Below are positions 6,170 to 13,137 of a stretch of 38,398 nucleotides of DNA, one piece after another. Under the pieces are notes generated by a model, which saw only the letters and a list, made by a program, of their open reading frames with translations, was not told where the DNA came from and did not search any database. Position 1 is the stretch's first letter. Each line of letters opens with the position of its first letter. Made by a program: the position numbers and the translations under genes. Source of the stretch: a virus; the IMG/VR virus record IMGVR_UViG_3300034150_000057, positions 1 to 38,398 of that record, one strand, 5' to 3'.

Positions 6170-7033
6170 ATGAGAGGGAACCCACTCTGCCCGATAAACC
6201 TCAAGCACGGGTATCTCAAAACCTGGGAACCAGGCACCATCGCAGCGTGGTGGTGCGGACACATGGACCACGGCGCAAATGGCCGCTTCTTCACAGATAG
6301 CGAAGCCCGTGGCGAAATCACTCTCAAGGAGTCAGACGTGGCAAAGATCTACCAGGCAACCGCGAAGGCCGTCATCGCCGGCACCGTCACCGAAGAGGTC
6401 GCGGTCAAGCAGCTGGCCAACCAGTTGCAAGTCTCGGCAGACGAGGCGCTTGAAGGGCTGCGGGCCGAGCTGGCCAGGCAGCGCACGAGCGCCGAGGCGA
6501 CGGCCGAGCAGAAGGAAGTCGTGGCCAAGCGGAAGGCCGCCCCGAAGGAGAAGGTCGCGAAAGGGCCGCGTGTCAAGCTCGAGCACGTCGAGCCTGAGGA
6601 ATTCGCAGCCGTCCGCGATCGCCTTGGCCTGTCCAACAAGCAGGTCGCAGACGCGCTGATCGACGTGGTCGGCGCCAAGCCTGGTGAGCCGCCGACGCTC
6701 TCGCGCGTCACGGAACTCACCCACTCGAAGGGTTCGAGCCGGCCGCTGTTCGTCAAGTACGAGACGGCCCTGGTGAAGTACGCCAAGACCCACGAGTCCG
6801 CCGCGTCGATCGCCGCGAAGGCGAAGGCCGCGAAGGAGAAGGCGGACGCAGCCGCAGCCAAGGCGAAGGCCGATGCCGCAGCCAAGGCAGCGAAGGCCAA
6901 CGGCAACGGCAAGCCTGCCGCCGATCCGGCGAGCAAGGCCCCGCGCCGCAAGCCTGCCGACGTCGGTGGAACCACGCCTGTTGGTGCGAATGGCGCGCCG
7001 GGTGCAGACGGGGCCGGCCAGAGCGCCGACTGA
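6170..7033 (+). CDS. Lys/Ala-repeat (histone H1-like tail) putative DNA-binding protein
   Basis: 287 aa from the SD-supported ATG at 6170 (track ORF starts at 6101). Central HTH-like segment LSNKQVADALIDV...LSRVTELTH. The C-terminal low-complexity stretch is AAKAKAAKEKADAAAAKAKADAAAKAAKANGNGKPAAD. Confidence 0.6.
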   Translation: MRGNPLCPINLKHGYLKTWEPGTIAAWWCGHMDHGANGRFFTDSEARGEITLKESDVAKIYQATAKAVIAGTVTEEVAVKQLANQLQVSADEALEGLRAELARQRTSAEATAEQKEVVAKRKAAPKEKVAKGPRVKLEHVEPEEFAAVRDRLGLSNKQVADALIDVVGAKPGEPPTLSRVTELTHSKGSSRPLFVKYETALVKYAKTHESAASIAAKAKAAKEKADAAAAKAKADAAAKAAKANGNGKPAADPASKAPRRKPADVGGTTPVGANGAPGADGAGQSAD

Positions 7034-7037
7034 CCAC

Positions 7038-7182
7038 GGGAGCCTACGGGCTCCCAGGCCGGCCAAGACCTATCCCCTTGGGTCTTGGCCAACTTGGGAG
7101 CCCGTCGGCCGACGTGGTGGATCCTGGACGCCCGTGGGGCGTCTGGAAAATAGGGCATTCCCTTTCCGAAGGGGATGCCCTA
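7038..7182 (+). other. Array of four GC-rich stem-loops in one intergenic region; the first is terminator-like and the last overlaps promoter P4
   Basis: GGGAGCC tacg GGCTCCC (7038-7055). GGCCAAGACC N10 GGTCTTGGCC (7061-7090). GACGCCC gtg GGGCGTC (7127-7143). TAGGGCATTCCC tttccgaa GGGGATGCCCTA (7151-7182). There is also the 12-nt palindrome CGTCGGCCGACG (7103-7114). Confidence 0.5.
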
Positions 7183-7186
7183 TATT
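7158..7186 (+). promoter_or_regulatory. Promoter P4 (TTCCCT-N17-TATATT, followed by CATC), embedded in a 12-bp hairpin
   Basis: The -35 is at 7158-7163 and the -10 at 7181-7186, inside gccctatattcatc. SD AAGGGGA at 7224-7230 sits 4 nt before the ATG at 7235. Confidence 0.5.
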
Positions 7187-7234
7187 CATCTTGTGCCGGG
7201 ATTTACCGGTGGGGAACCAGGCTAAGGGGATCGG

Positions 7235-7414
7235 ATGAACGACGACGAGATCTTGGGCAATGTGAGCGAAGCCCTCGATCAGTTCAACAACAGCGTGATC
7301 ACGGCCGCCGACGCGGTCGCTCGCATCCGCGAGGCCGTTGCGGCCGAGACCACGGATGACGGCGACGAGACGGACGACGACGAGACGGAGGAGACCGAGG
7401 CCGCGCCGGCCTGA
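7235..7414 (+). CDS. Small highly acidic protein (59 aa), absent from the ORF track
   Basis: Own translation: MNDDEILGNVSEALDQFNNSVITAADAVARIREAVAAETTDDGDETDDDETEETEAAPA, stop TGA at 7412-7414. It has its own promoter (P4) and the canonical AAGGGGA SD. Codons mostly end in G/C, as in neighbouring genes. Confidence 0.6.
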   Translation: MNDDEILGNVSEALDQFNNSVITAADAVARIREAVAAETTDDGDETDDDETEETEAAPA

Positions 7415-7446
7415 CACTCGCCAGGCGTCGTCCAAATTTTGGGGCG

Positions 7447-7475
7447 TTCCCTTTTCGGAGGGGACGCCCTATATT
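7447..7475 (+). promoter_or_regulatory. Promoter P5 (TTCCCT-N17-TATATT, followed by CATT), embedded in a 10-bp hairpin
   Basis: Hairpin GGGCGTTCCC ttttcgga GGGGACGCCC (7442-7469), structurally homologous to the P4 hairpin. The -10 is at 7470-7475. It is followed by a ~150-nt leader before the SD at 7620-7626 and the ATG at 7633. Confidence 0.5.
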
Positions 7476-7632
7476 CATTCCCGGCGGGTTCCATGTGTCC
7501 GAACTCGCCAGGCTCGCCGACCGGATCCCACGTTGCGTTGTCCAGGCCTGACGTTCGGTTCGCTACCAAACCTCTCACGCCCGCTTCCCAACGACCCGGC
7601 CGGCGAGTCCGTTCTACCGAAGGGGATCAAGT

Positions 7633-8058
7633 ATGGCTACCAAGCCAACGCTCGAGGAGTACGCGCTTACACTCGCCTGGGCAGCGAGGCTTCGTTCCGA
7701 GGATCCACATCGCCAGGTAGGAGCATGCGTGCTCGGTCGCGACGGTGTGGTCCTGGGCCTCGGATACAACGGCCCGCCAACCGGTGTGGACCTGGAGCCA
7801 GGCATGTGGGCCAACCGGCAATTGGTTCGCGACGTCGTGGTGCATGCCGAGACCAACGCTCTTCGGTTTGTGCGGCCGCGTGAGGGGAAGATACTCGCCA
7901 CCAGCTACCATCCGTGCCTCGACTGCCTGAGGTTCGCTGCCGCCCAGGGAGTTCACACGATCGTGTACGGCACCGTCCCGTCCACGCGTTGGCGGCCGGC
8001 CAGCGTGCAGCTCGCAGCCAGGCTGTTTGACATCGACCTGCGGAGACTCGACGTCTGA
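7633..8058 (+). CDS. dCMP deaminase (zinc-dependent cytidine/deoxycytidylate deaminase family)
   Basis: 141 aa with the zinc-ligand motifs HAETNA (aa 71-76) and PCLDC (aa 94-98). GYNGPP is typical of ComEB/dCMP deaminases. Confidence 0.85.
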   Translation: MATKPTLEEYALTLAWAARLRSEDPHRQVGACVLGRDGVVLGLGYNGPPTGVDLEPGMWANRQLVRDVVVHAETNALRFVRPREGKILATSYHPCLDCLRFAAAQGVHTIVYGTVPSTRWRPASVQLAARLFDIDLRRLDV

Positions 8059-8453
8059 TGGATAAGAACGCCGGCCTGCTGTATTTCCTCACGCTTGTCG
8101 AGGGTGACGGCCTAGTTCATTCGTACGAGCGCACTCGTGGCCATGAGAAGCTGATCGCCGGCGACGCCAAATATGGCCCCGACTCCTGGCGCTCGCACGA
8201 CCACCTGTACGAGGCCGTCAACGAGACCGTAGACCTCGTCAACTATTGCTATCTCCGATGGCTTCAGCTCGAGGATCAGTACGAAGTTCTTGGCCCGCAT
8301 GCTCGCCAGGCAATCGAGGCGGCGCGCACGGAGCTAATCGCATTTGCTCGCGAAGCCCTTGTCATCGGCCGTGGCCTGGATCGTCTGCGCCTGACACTTG
8401 CTCAAGCCGGTGTGCCGGCGTCACTCGACGGGCGCAATCTCGTCGGCCTGTGA
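8058..8453 (+). CDS. All-alpha NTP pyrophosphohydrolase-like protein (MazG/DUF550-like); candidate dNTPase
   Basis: 131 aa. GDAKYGPDSWRSHD followed by LYEAVNETVDLVNY (E-x3-E-x2-D) resembles the metal-binding helix pair of MazG-type phage pyrophosphohydrolases. Start overlaps the upstream stop (TGATG). Assignment is by eye only. Confidence 0.4.
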   Translation: MDKNAGLLYFLTLVEGDGLVHSYERTRGHEKLIAGDAKYGPDSWRSHDHLYEAVNETVDLVNYCYLRWLQLEDQYEVLGPHARQAIEAARTELIAFAREALVIGRGLDRLRLTLAQAGVPASLDGRNLVGL

Positions 8454-8638
8454 ACCGCGCTGAGCTGCGCCAGGCATGGGCAAACCGCAATTTGCGATAC
8501 ACGCGACCTCTCACTCCTGACGAGATAGCGGCCGTTCGCCTTAGCCGTATGCGCGAAGCCAACCAAATTCGCCAAGGTGGTGAACTCTACCGAGATGCCG
8601 CTCGTTGGCAACCGCCTACGCACGAGGATCGGAAATGA
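8450..8638 (+). CDS. Hypothetical small protein (62 aa)
   Basis: GTGA overlap at 8450 and ATGA overlap at 8635. In frame with track ORF 8246..8638. Confidence 0.45.
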   Translation: MNRAELRQAWANRNLRYTRPLTPDEIAAVRLSRMREANQIRQGGELYRDAARWQPPTHEDRK

Positions 8639-9465
8639 CCCCTACGCTCAGCTCTGGTTGGTACGACGCTCTGACCGCGGTCATTCAAGACGGGATCTCG
8701 ATTGCGCCGACGAAGGGGCCGGCGCTCGAGTACCCTGGCGTATTCGCTGTCGAGATCGAAATGCCGCAGTCGATCATCCTCGACGTGCCCGGCCGTGAAT
8801 TTCGCCACGTGATCGGAGCGCTCGAGGGTTTGAGCCTCGTTGGCCAGGTCAGCATCGCCGAGACCTTCATCGATCGCGTGGCCGCCTTCCGCCCCTTCGT
8901 CCGGCACTCGATTTTCTGGGGAGCCTACGGTCCACGCGCGGCCGGCTCCATTGGACAGATCGCAACGATGCTCGCCGTGAAACCGGACAGTCGCCAGGCG
9001 GTGATCTCACTCTACAACTCGAAGACGGACCTGGGCCGGCCCGAAGAAGTCGACGTGCCGTGCACGCTTACAATCCAGTTCAAGGTTCGCCGGCAACGTC
9101 TCGAGATGTGGGTCGCGATGCGATCCAATGACGTCTGGCTTGGATTGCCGTATGACCTGATGCAATTCGCAATGCTCCAGGCCGCGATCGCCCAGCACCT
9201 CGGTATTCCGGCTGGACCCTATACGCACACGGCCGGCAGCATGCACCTCTACGATCGCCATTCGGTCAAGGCCCAGGAGGTTTACCGATCTGGCTCCGTG
9301 GAAGGCTGGAACCCGACGGTGATGGACTCGCCGGTATGGGGCGGGTCAGGGGATATCTCGGAGACCGCGAGTCGCGCCAGGCGAATTTTGCTGGGCGAGG
9401 AACACTACCTCGACAACCTGACGGAATTCGAGAAGCAGATGGTCCAGTGGCTGATCAAGTTCTAA
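8635..9465 (+). CDS. Thymidylate synthase superfamily enzyme, dCMP hydroxymethylase/methylase-like (Asp at the base-specificity position)
   Basis: VPCTLTIQFKV...AMRSNDVWLGLPYDLMQFAML...GSMHLYDRH aligns by eye to ThyA PCHAFFQFYV...[21 protein letters not shown]...GDTHLYSNH. Catalytic Cys143 is at nt 9061-9063. Asp174 (nt 9154-9156) replaces ThyA Asn177, with identical 31-residue spacing. KPDSRQAVISLY and MRSNDV resemble T4 gp42 as I recall it. The start is taken at the ATGA-coupled ATG at 8635. Confidence 0.7.
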   Translation: MTPTLSSGWYDALTAVIQDGISIAPTKGPALEYPGVFAVEIEMPQSIILDVPGREFRHVIGALEGLSLVGQVSIAETFIDRVAAFRPFVRHSIFWGAYGPRAAGSIGQIATMLAVKPDSRQAVISLYNSKTDLGRPEEVDVPCTLTIQFKVRRQRLEMWVAMRSNDVWLGLPYDLMQFAMLQAAIAQHLGIPAGPYTHTAGSMHLYDRHSVKAQEVYRSGSVEGWNPTVMDSPVWGGSGDISETASRARRILLGEEHYLDNLTEFEKQMVQWLIKF

Positions 9466-10937
9466 TTGACGGCGAGGAGCTGATTCTCTCCGTCGAGGAT
9501 TCTCCGGAGCTGGAGGAGCTTGGCGCCAGGCGTCGCCACGACGGCCGGTGGATTCTCCCGGCCGCCTCGTGGATTGTCCGGTGGATTGCAGAGCTACTTG
9601 TAGGCGAGGAAGCCGCCACGGTCGCCCTACCGGCCCCACGGGACGTTGAGTGGGACCATCCCAACCGCCAGGATCTGTTCGCTCACCAGGTAGATCCGAT
9701 CACGCGGCTCGTCAGCCGGCCACACGGCCAGCTCGCCGTGATGTCGCCAGGCTTGGGGAAGACCATCGTTGCGATTCTCGCGGCCGACGTTCTCAAGGCG
9801 AACGTTCTTGTGGTCGCGCCGTCCTCGCTTCGATTCAATTGGTTCCGCGAGATCGACACTTGGTCCGACGGCCGTTCAACATCGTGGACCGTCGTCTCAT
9901 ACGACGAGCTATGGCGCAAGCCAAACCAGTTCAAGGGATTGCGGTTTGACGTTCTGATTCTCGATGAGTCCGTGCTCGTCAAGTCGCGAAATGCGAAACG
10001 CCACAAGGCGGCATTCAAGCTTCGCAGCCAGGCGCGATTGGTGTGGGAGTTGACCGGCAATCCCACGACGCGCTACGCCGACGACCTATGGGGCCAGCTC
10101 CACATTATCTGGCCGAAAGCATTCAGCTCTTATTGGCGGTTCGCTCGCCGCTATTGCTACACGCGGCCGACGGCGTGGGGCGAATCGGTGACGGGAACCC
10201 GCGCTACTCGCAACGCCTTGCGAGACTCGTCGGATCTGGCGTTCACCGTCCAGCAGGAGGATGTGCTCGAGCTGCCCGAGTATCTATTCGAGGTTCTCGA
10301 CGTCGAACTCGCTCCACGCCAGGCACGTGCGTACGACCAGATGCTCGCGGACTTCCGGTCGGAACTCGCCGGCGGGGAGATGAGCGCGGGCAACAAGGCA
10401 GCCAGGCTTATCCGACTCCAGCAGATTGCGTCCTGGGCGGATGACTCGTCAAAGCACAATGCTGTTCTCGAGCTGCTCGAGTCAGGGTACCTCGAGACGC
10501 CGGCGATTATCTGGACGCACTGGCTCGATGGCGCAGAGGAACTTGCCGAGCGGATCGCAGCTCTCGGCCCGTCGACAGCTTGGGTTCACGGCACACAGAC
10601 GGTCAAGCGCAAGGATGAATTGCTCGAGGAGTACAAGGCCGGCAACGTCGATGTTCTCGTGCTCAGCCTAGGTGTGGGCAAGTTCGGCCATACGTTCACC
10701 AACACGCAATCGATGGTGTACGTTGACAAGACATGGAACGCGGACGATTACTTCCAGTCGCTCCACCGCGTTCGCCGGATCGGCCTGAAGCATTCGCCGC
10801 TCGTGCTCACCATCCGTGCGCCAGGCACCGTCGATGACCTGGTCGAGAGGAACTTGACGCGGAAGATGAAGGATGCCAGCCGCATGACCAATGCTGAGCT
10901 GTCAACGCTACTCGCCGGATTAGGGAGAAATGCATGA
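9447..10937 (+). CDS. SNF2-family (DEAD/DEAH-like) helicase
   Basis: HQVDPI...MSPGLGKT (motif I), LILDES (motif II), and the helicase-C region VLVLSLGVGKFGHTFTN...LHRVRRIG. The start is uncertain: GTG at 9447 is in frame with track ORF 9336 and overlaps the upstream gene by 19 nt. Confidence 0.8.
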   Translation: MADQVLIDGEELILSVEDSPELEELGARRRHDGRWILPAASWIVRWIAELLVGEEAATVALPAPRDVEWDHPNRQDLFAHQVDPITRLVSRPHGQLAVMSPGLGKTIVAILAADVLKANVLVVAPSSLRFNWFREIDTWSDGRSTSWTVVSYDELWRKPNQFKGLRFDVLILDESVLVKSRNAKRHKAAFKLRSQARLVWELTGNPTTRYADDLWGQLHIIWPKAFSSYWRFARRYCYTRPTAWGESVTGTRATRNALRDSSDLAFTVQQEDVLELPEYLFEVLDVELAPRQARAYDQMLADFRSELAGGEMSAGNKAARLIRLQQIASWADDSSKHNAVLELLESGYLETPAIIWTHWLDGAEELAERIAALGPSTAWVHGTQTVKRKDELLEEYKAGNVDVLVLSLGVGKFGHTFTNTQSMVYVDKTWNADDYFQSLHRVRRIGLKHSPLVLTIRAPGTVDDLVERNLTRKMKDASRMTNAELSTLLAGLGRNA

Positions 10938-11275
10938 CTGAACCTTGGCGGCGTGCCTTTTACAAATGGTCTAATGATGAAGGCACTAATCCGGATCTTG
11001 TTGCATTTGCGGCTGGTTGGAACGCCCACGAAGCCCTTTCACATGCGGAATTCGATGCTCACCTCGTACCGATCCTGGCTGCGATACAACAAGCCTCGCC
11101 CCCGGCGAGCATCGACGTGGAGCGGCTGTACGGCGCGCTCACTGCGATCGACGAGAGGATCGCCGAGTTCACCGAGGAGCCCATGGACGACCCGGTAGGT
11201 CGGCGCAGCTACGCCGAGACCGTCGCCGCTGAGTACGTCCGTCTCGCCCCGCAGCCGACGGCGGACCCAATATGA
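10934..11275 (+). CDS. Hypothetical protein (113 aa)
   Basis: ATGA-coupled at both ends, with a GGGAGA SD upstream. Confidence 0.6.
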   Translation: MTEPWRRAFYKWSNDEGTNPDLVAFAAGWNAHEALSHAEFDAHLVPILAAIQQASPPASIDVERLYGALTAIDERIAEFTEEPMDDPVGRRSYAETVAAEYVRLAPQPTADPI

Positions 11276-11694
11276 GATACGTACTCACGTTTGATCCCGG
11301 CCTGACCACCGGCTGGGCCGTACTCGATTACGACGGGATGATCGTGCAATGTGGAAACCTGCTCGAGGAAACGGTACTCGAGAAGAATTTCCTCCGCGAC
11401 ATGGTTGATCGCCTGGCTCGTGAGTACAACATCGCCGAGGTGATTGTCGAGGAGATGCCGCCAGGCTCGCCAGGCGATCGCAGCCGCCGGCTTGAAGCCG
11501 TGCGCCAGAAGCTCACCACCGCCACTGGATTATTCCAGGTGAGATATGTAAACCCGTCAACCTGGAAGACGTCTCGGGGCGTTCTGACGGCGCCACGGTT
11601 CGACCGGTGGGACGATGCTCCGGTAACTCAACACCAACGAGACGCCGTAGGAATTGCGAGGTGGTGGTTGAATGTTCGGGGAGATCAAACATGA
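11272..11694 (+). CDS. RuvC-like Holliday junction resolvase
   Basis: N-terminal LTFDPGLTTGWAVLD, central VIVEEMP, and C-terminal HQRDAVGIARWW match the RuvC-fold catalytic D/E/D pattern. Confidence 0.7.
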   Translation: MRYVLTFDPGLTTGWAVLDYDGMIVQCGNLLEETVLEKNFLRDMVDRLAREYNIAEVIVEEMPPGSPGDRSRRLEAVRQKLTTATGLFQVRYVNPSTWKTSRGVLTAPRFDRWDDAPVTQHQRDAVGIARWWLNVRGDQT

Positions 11695-11957
11695 TCGTCA
11701 CCATTGACTTCGGTGCAACCGAAGAAGAACGAGATGCCAAAGCCACGGTTGATGCGCGGCTGATGCATTCGATCGATCCGGAGATGCCGCCCTGCACGTA
11801 CGGCTTTATCACCAATCGTGAGAACCTCATCGGTTTTGCCAGGCAATTGGGGATCGAAGATCTCAACCCCTGGCTGGATGCCTGGGCGATCAACAGCGAG
11901 CAGGGGCTACCGATCATGATTGTCCACGGTCCGGAGGAATTGCTCGAATGCCTCTAA
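11691..11957 (+). CDS. Hypothetical protein (88 aa)
   Basis: ATGA overlap at 11691; internal start of track ORF 11607..11957. Confidence 0.55.
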   Translation: MIVTIDFGATEEERDAKATVDARLMHSIDPEMPPCTYGFITNRENLIGFARQLGIEDLNPWLDAWAINSEQGLPIMIVHGPEELLECL

Positions 11958-13036
11958 ACCGCGCGACCGGCGAAGAGCCTTGGTCACCGATCCTCATTGA
12001 AGGCACAACGGCCACCGAGCGCGCAAGCTTCCGACGATGCCGACGCCAGTGGTTCCTGAGCGTCGTGCACCGGCTGAAGCGAGCTGGAGGCGACTCGAAT
12101 TTCTGGTTCGGCGAGATTGTCCACGCCGGCCTGGAAGCGTATTACAAGGGGATCCAAGCAAAGCGACCCTGGGCGGAATGCCAGGAAGCCGGCCTGAGCG
12201 CATTTGCCGACGGCTGGAAGCGCATCGTCGCTGTCGCGCGCGAAGAGCTGGGCGGCCTGTTCGATACCTACGCCCAAGAATACAACGACGCCTGGGAATT
12301 GGGCGGGCAGATGCTGCCGGCCTACTTCAAGCGCGACAGGAAAAGTGGCCTCGGCAAGGTCATCCTCGTTGAGCTTCGGCACACGGTTCCGATCCTCGGC
12401 CCCGACGGCAAACCTCTCCGTCGCGGAACGATCAGCTGCCGGTACGATCTCGTGGTCGAGAAACCGAATGGGGATATCTGGATCATCGACCACAAGACGG
12501 CGAGCCAGAAGCCCAGCTCCGCGCAATTGGACCTTGACGACCAGCTCACTGCGCTGGCGTATGTGTGGTGGCGCAAGACCGGCAAATGGCCTCGCGGCCA
12601 GGTCTACAACGTCCTGATCAAGAAGATCGCCACCCAGCCCAAGCTGCTGAAGAGTGGCAAGCTGTCGATCGACCGGTCGCAATCCACGACGTACTCGTTG
12701 TACATGGAAGCGATCAAAGAACATGGCCTGGCGATCAACGAATACTCCGAGGTGCTCGCATACTTCCAGGCAACCGGCGACGGCGACTTCTTCGTATCGG
12801 AAGGCGTCTTCCGAACTCGAGGTCAGATCGACGAATTTGAGCGCAACCTGTACTACGAGTTCCTGGACATGAACATGGTTGCGAGCGAGCCGGAGCGCGC
12901 CTACCCGAACCCGTCGCCATTCAACTGCCCGTCATGCGGAGTACGGCAAATCTGCCAGGCGATGATGGACGGTCGCGAACAGGATCCCGCCGCATTGATT
13001 CGCGCGAACTATTGGATTGGGGAACCCCGGATCTGA
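11948..13036 (+). CDS. PD-(D/E)XK nuclease, Cas4/RecB-like exonuclease with 4-Cys cluster
   Basis: N-terminal Cys in FRRCRRQW. Nuclease core RYDLVVEK...IWIIDHKT. C-terminal CPSCGVRQIC. This is the pattern of Cas4-type Fe-S nucleases. Confidence 0.75.
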   Translation: MPLNRATGEEPWSPILIEGTTATERASFRRCRRQWFLSVVHRLKRAGGDSNFWFGEIVHAGLEAYYKGIQAKRPWAECQEAGLSAFADGWKRIVAVAREELGGLFDTYAQEYNDAWELGGQMLPAYFKRDRKSGLGKVILVELRHTVPILGPDGKPLRRGTISCRYDLVVEKPNGDIWIIDHKTASQKPSSAQLDLDDQLTALAYVWWRKTGKWPRGQVYNVLIKKIATQPKLLKSGKLSIDRSQSTTYSLYMEAIKEHGLAINEYSEVLAYFQATGDGDFFVSEGVFRTRGQIDEFERNLYYEFLDMNMVASEPERAYPNPSPFNCPSCGVRQICQAMMDGREQDPAALIRANYWIGEPRI

Positions 13037-13047
13037 ATTTCCGACGG

Positions 13048-13076
13048 TTCCCATATTGCCGGCGATCCGTTATATT
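13048..13076 (+). promoter_or_regulatory. Promoter P6 (TTCCCA-N17-TATATT, followed by CATT)
   Basis: The -35 is at 13048-13053 and the -10 at 13071-13076. A long UTR hairpin GCCGGCGCG...CGCGTCGGC lies at 13084-13119. SD AAGGGGA at 13128-13134 sits 3 nt before the GTG at 13138. Confidence 0.5.
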
Positions 13077-13137
13077 CATTCGTGCCGGCGCGACTCACGG
13101 GGTCGAGACCCGCGTCGGCAATTACCAAAGGGGAAAC

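Noticed and set aside
6024-6173. 49-aa ORF starting with an ATGA overlap at 6024 and running through promoter P3 into the next gene's SD.
   Set aside because: It covers the -35, -10, UTR hairpin and SD of the P3 cassette. It is more likely non-coding regulatory DNA that happens to be open.
7439-7720. 93-aa plus-strand ORF spanning the P5 leader and the start of the dCMP deaminase gene.
   Set aside because: - It has no SD.
- It overlaps the motif-supported deaminase in another frame.
- Its Ser/Pro/Arg-rich composition is typical of a spurious frame.
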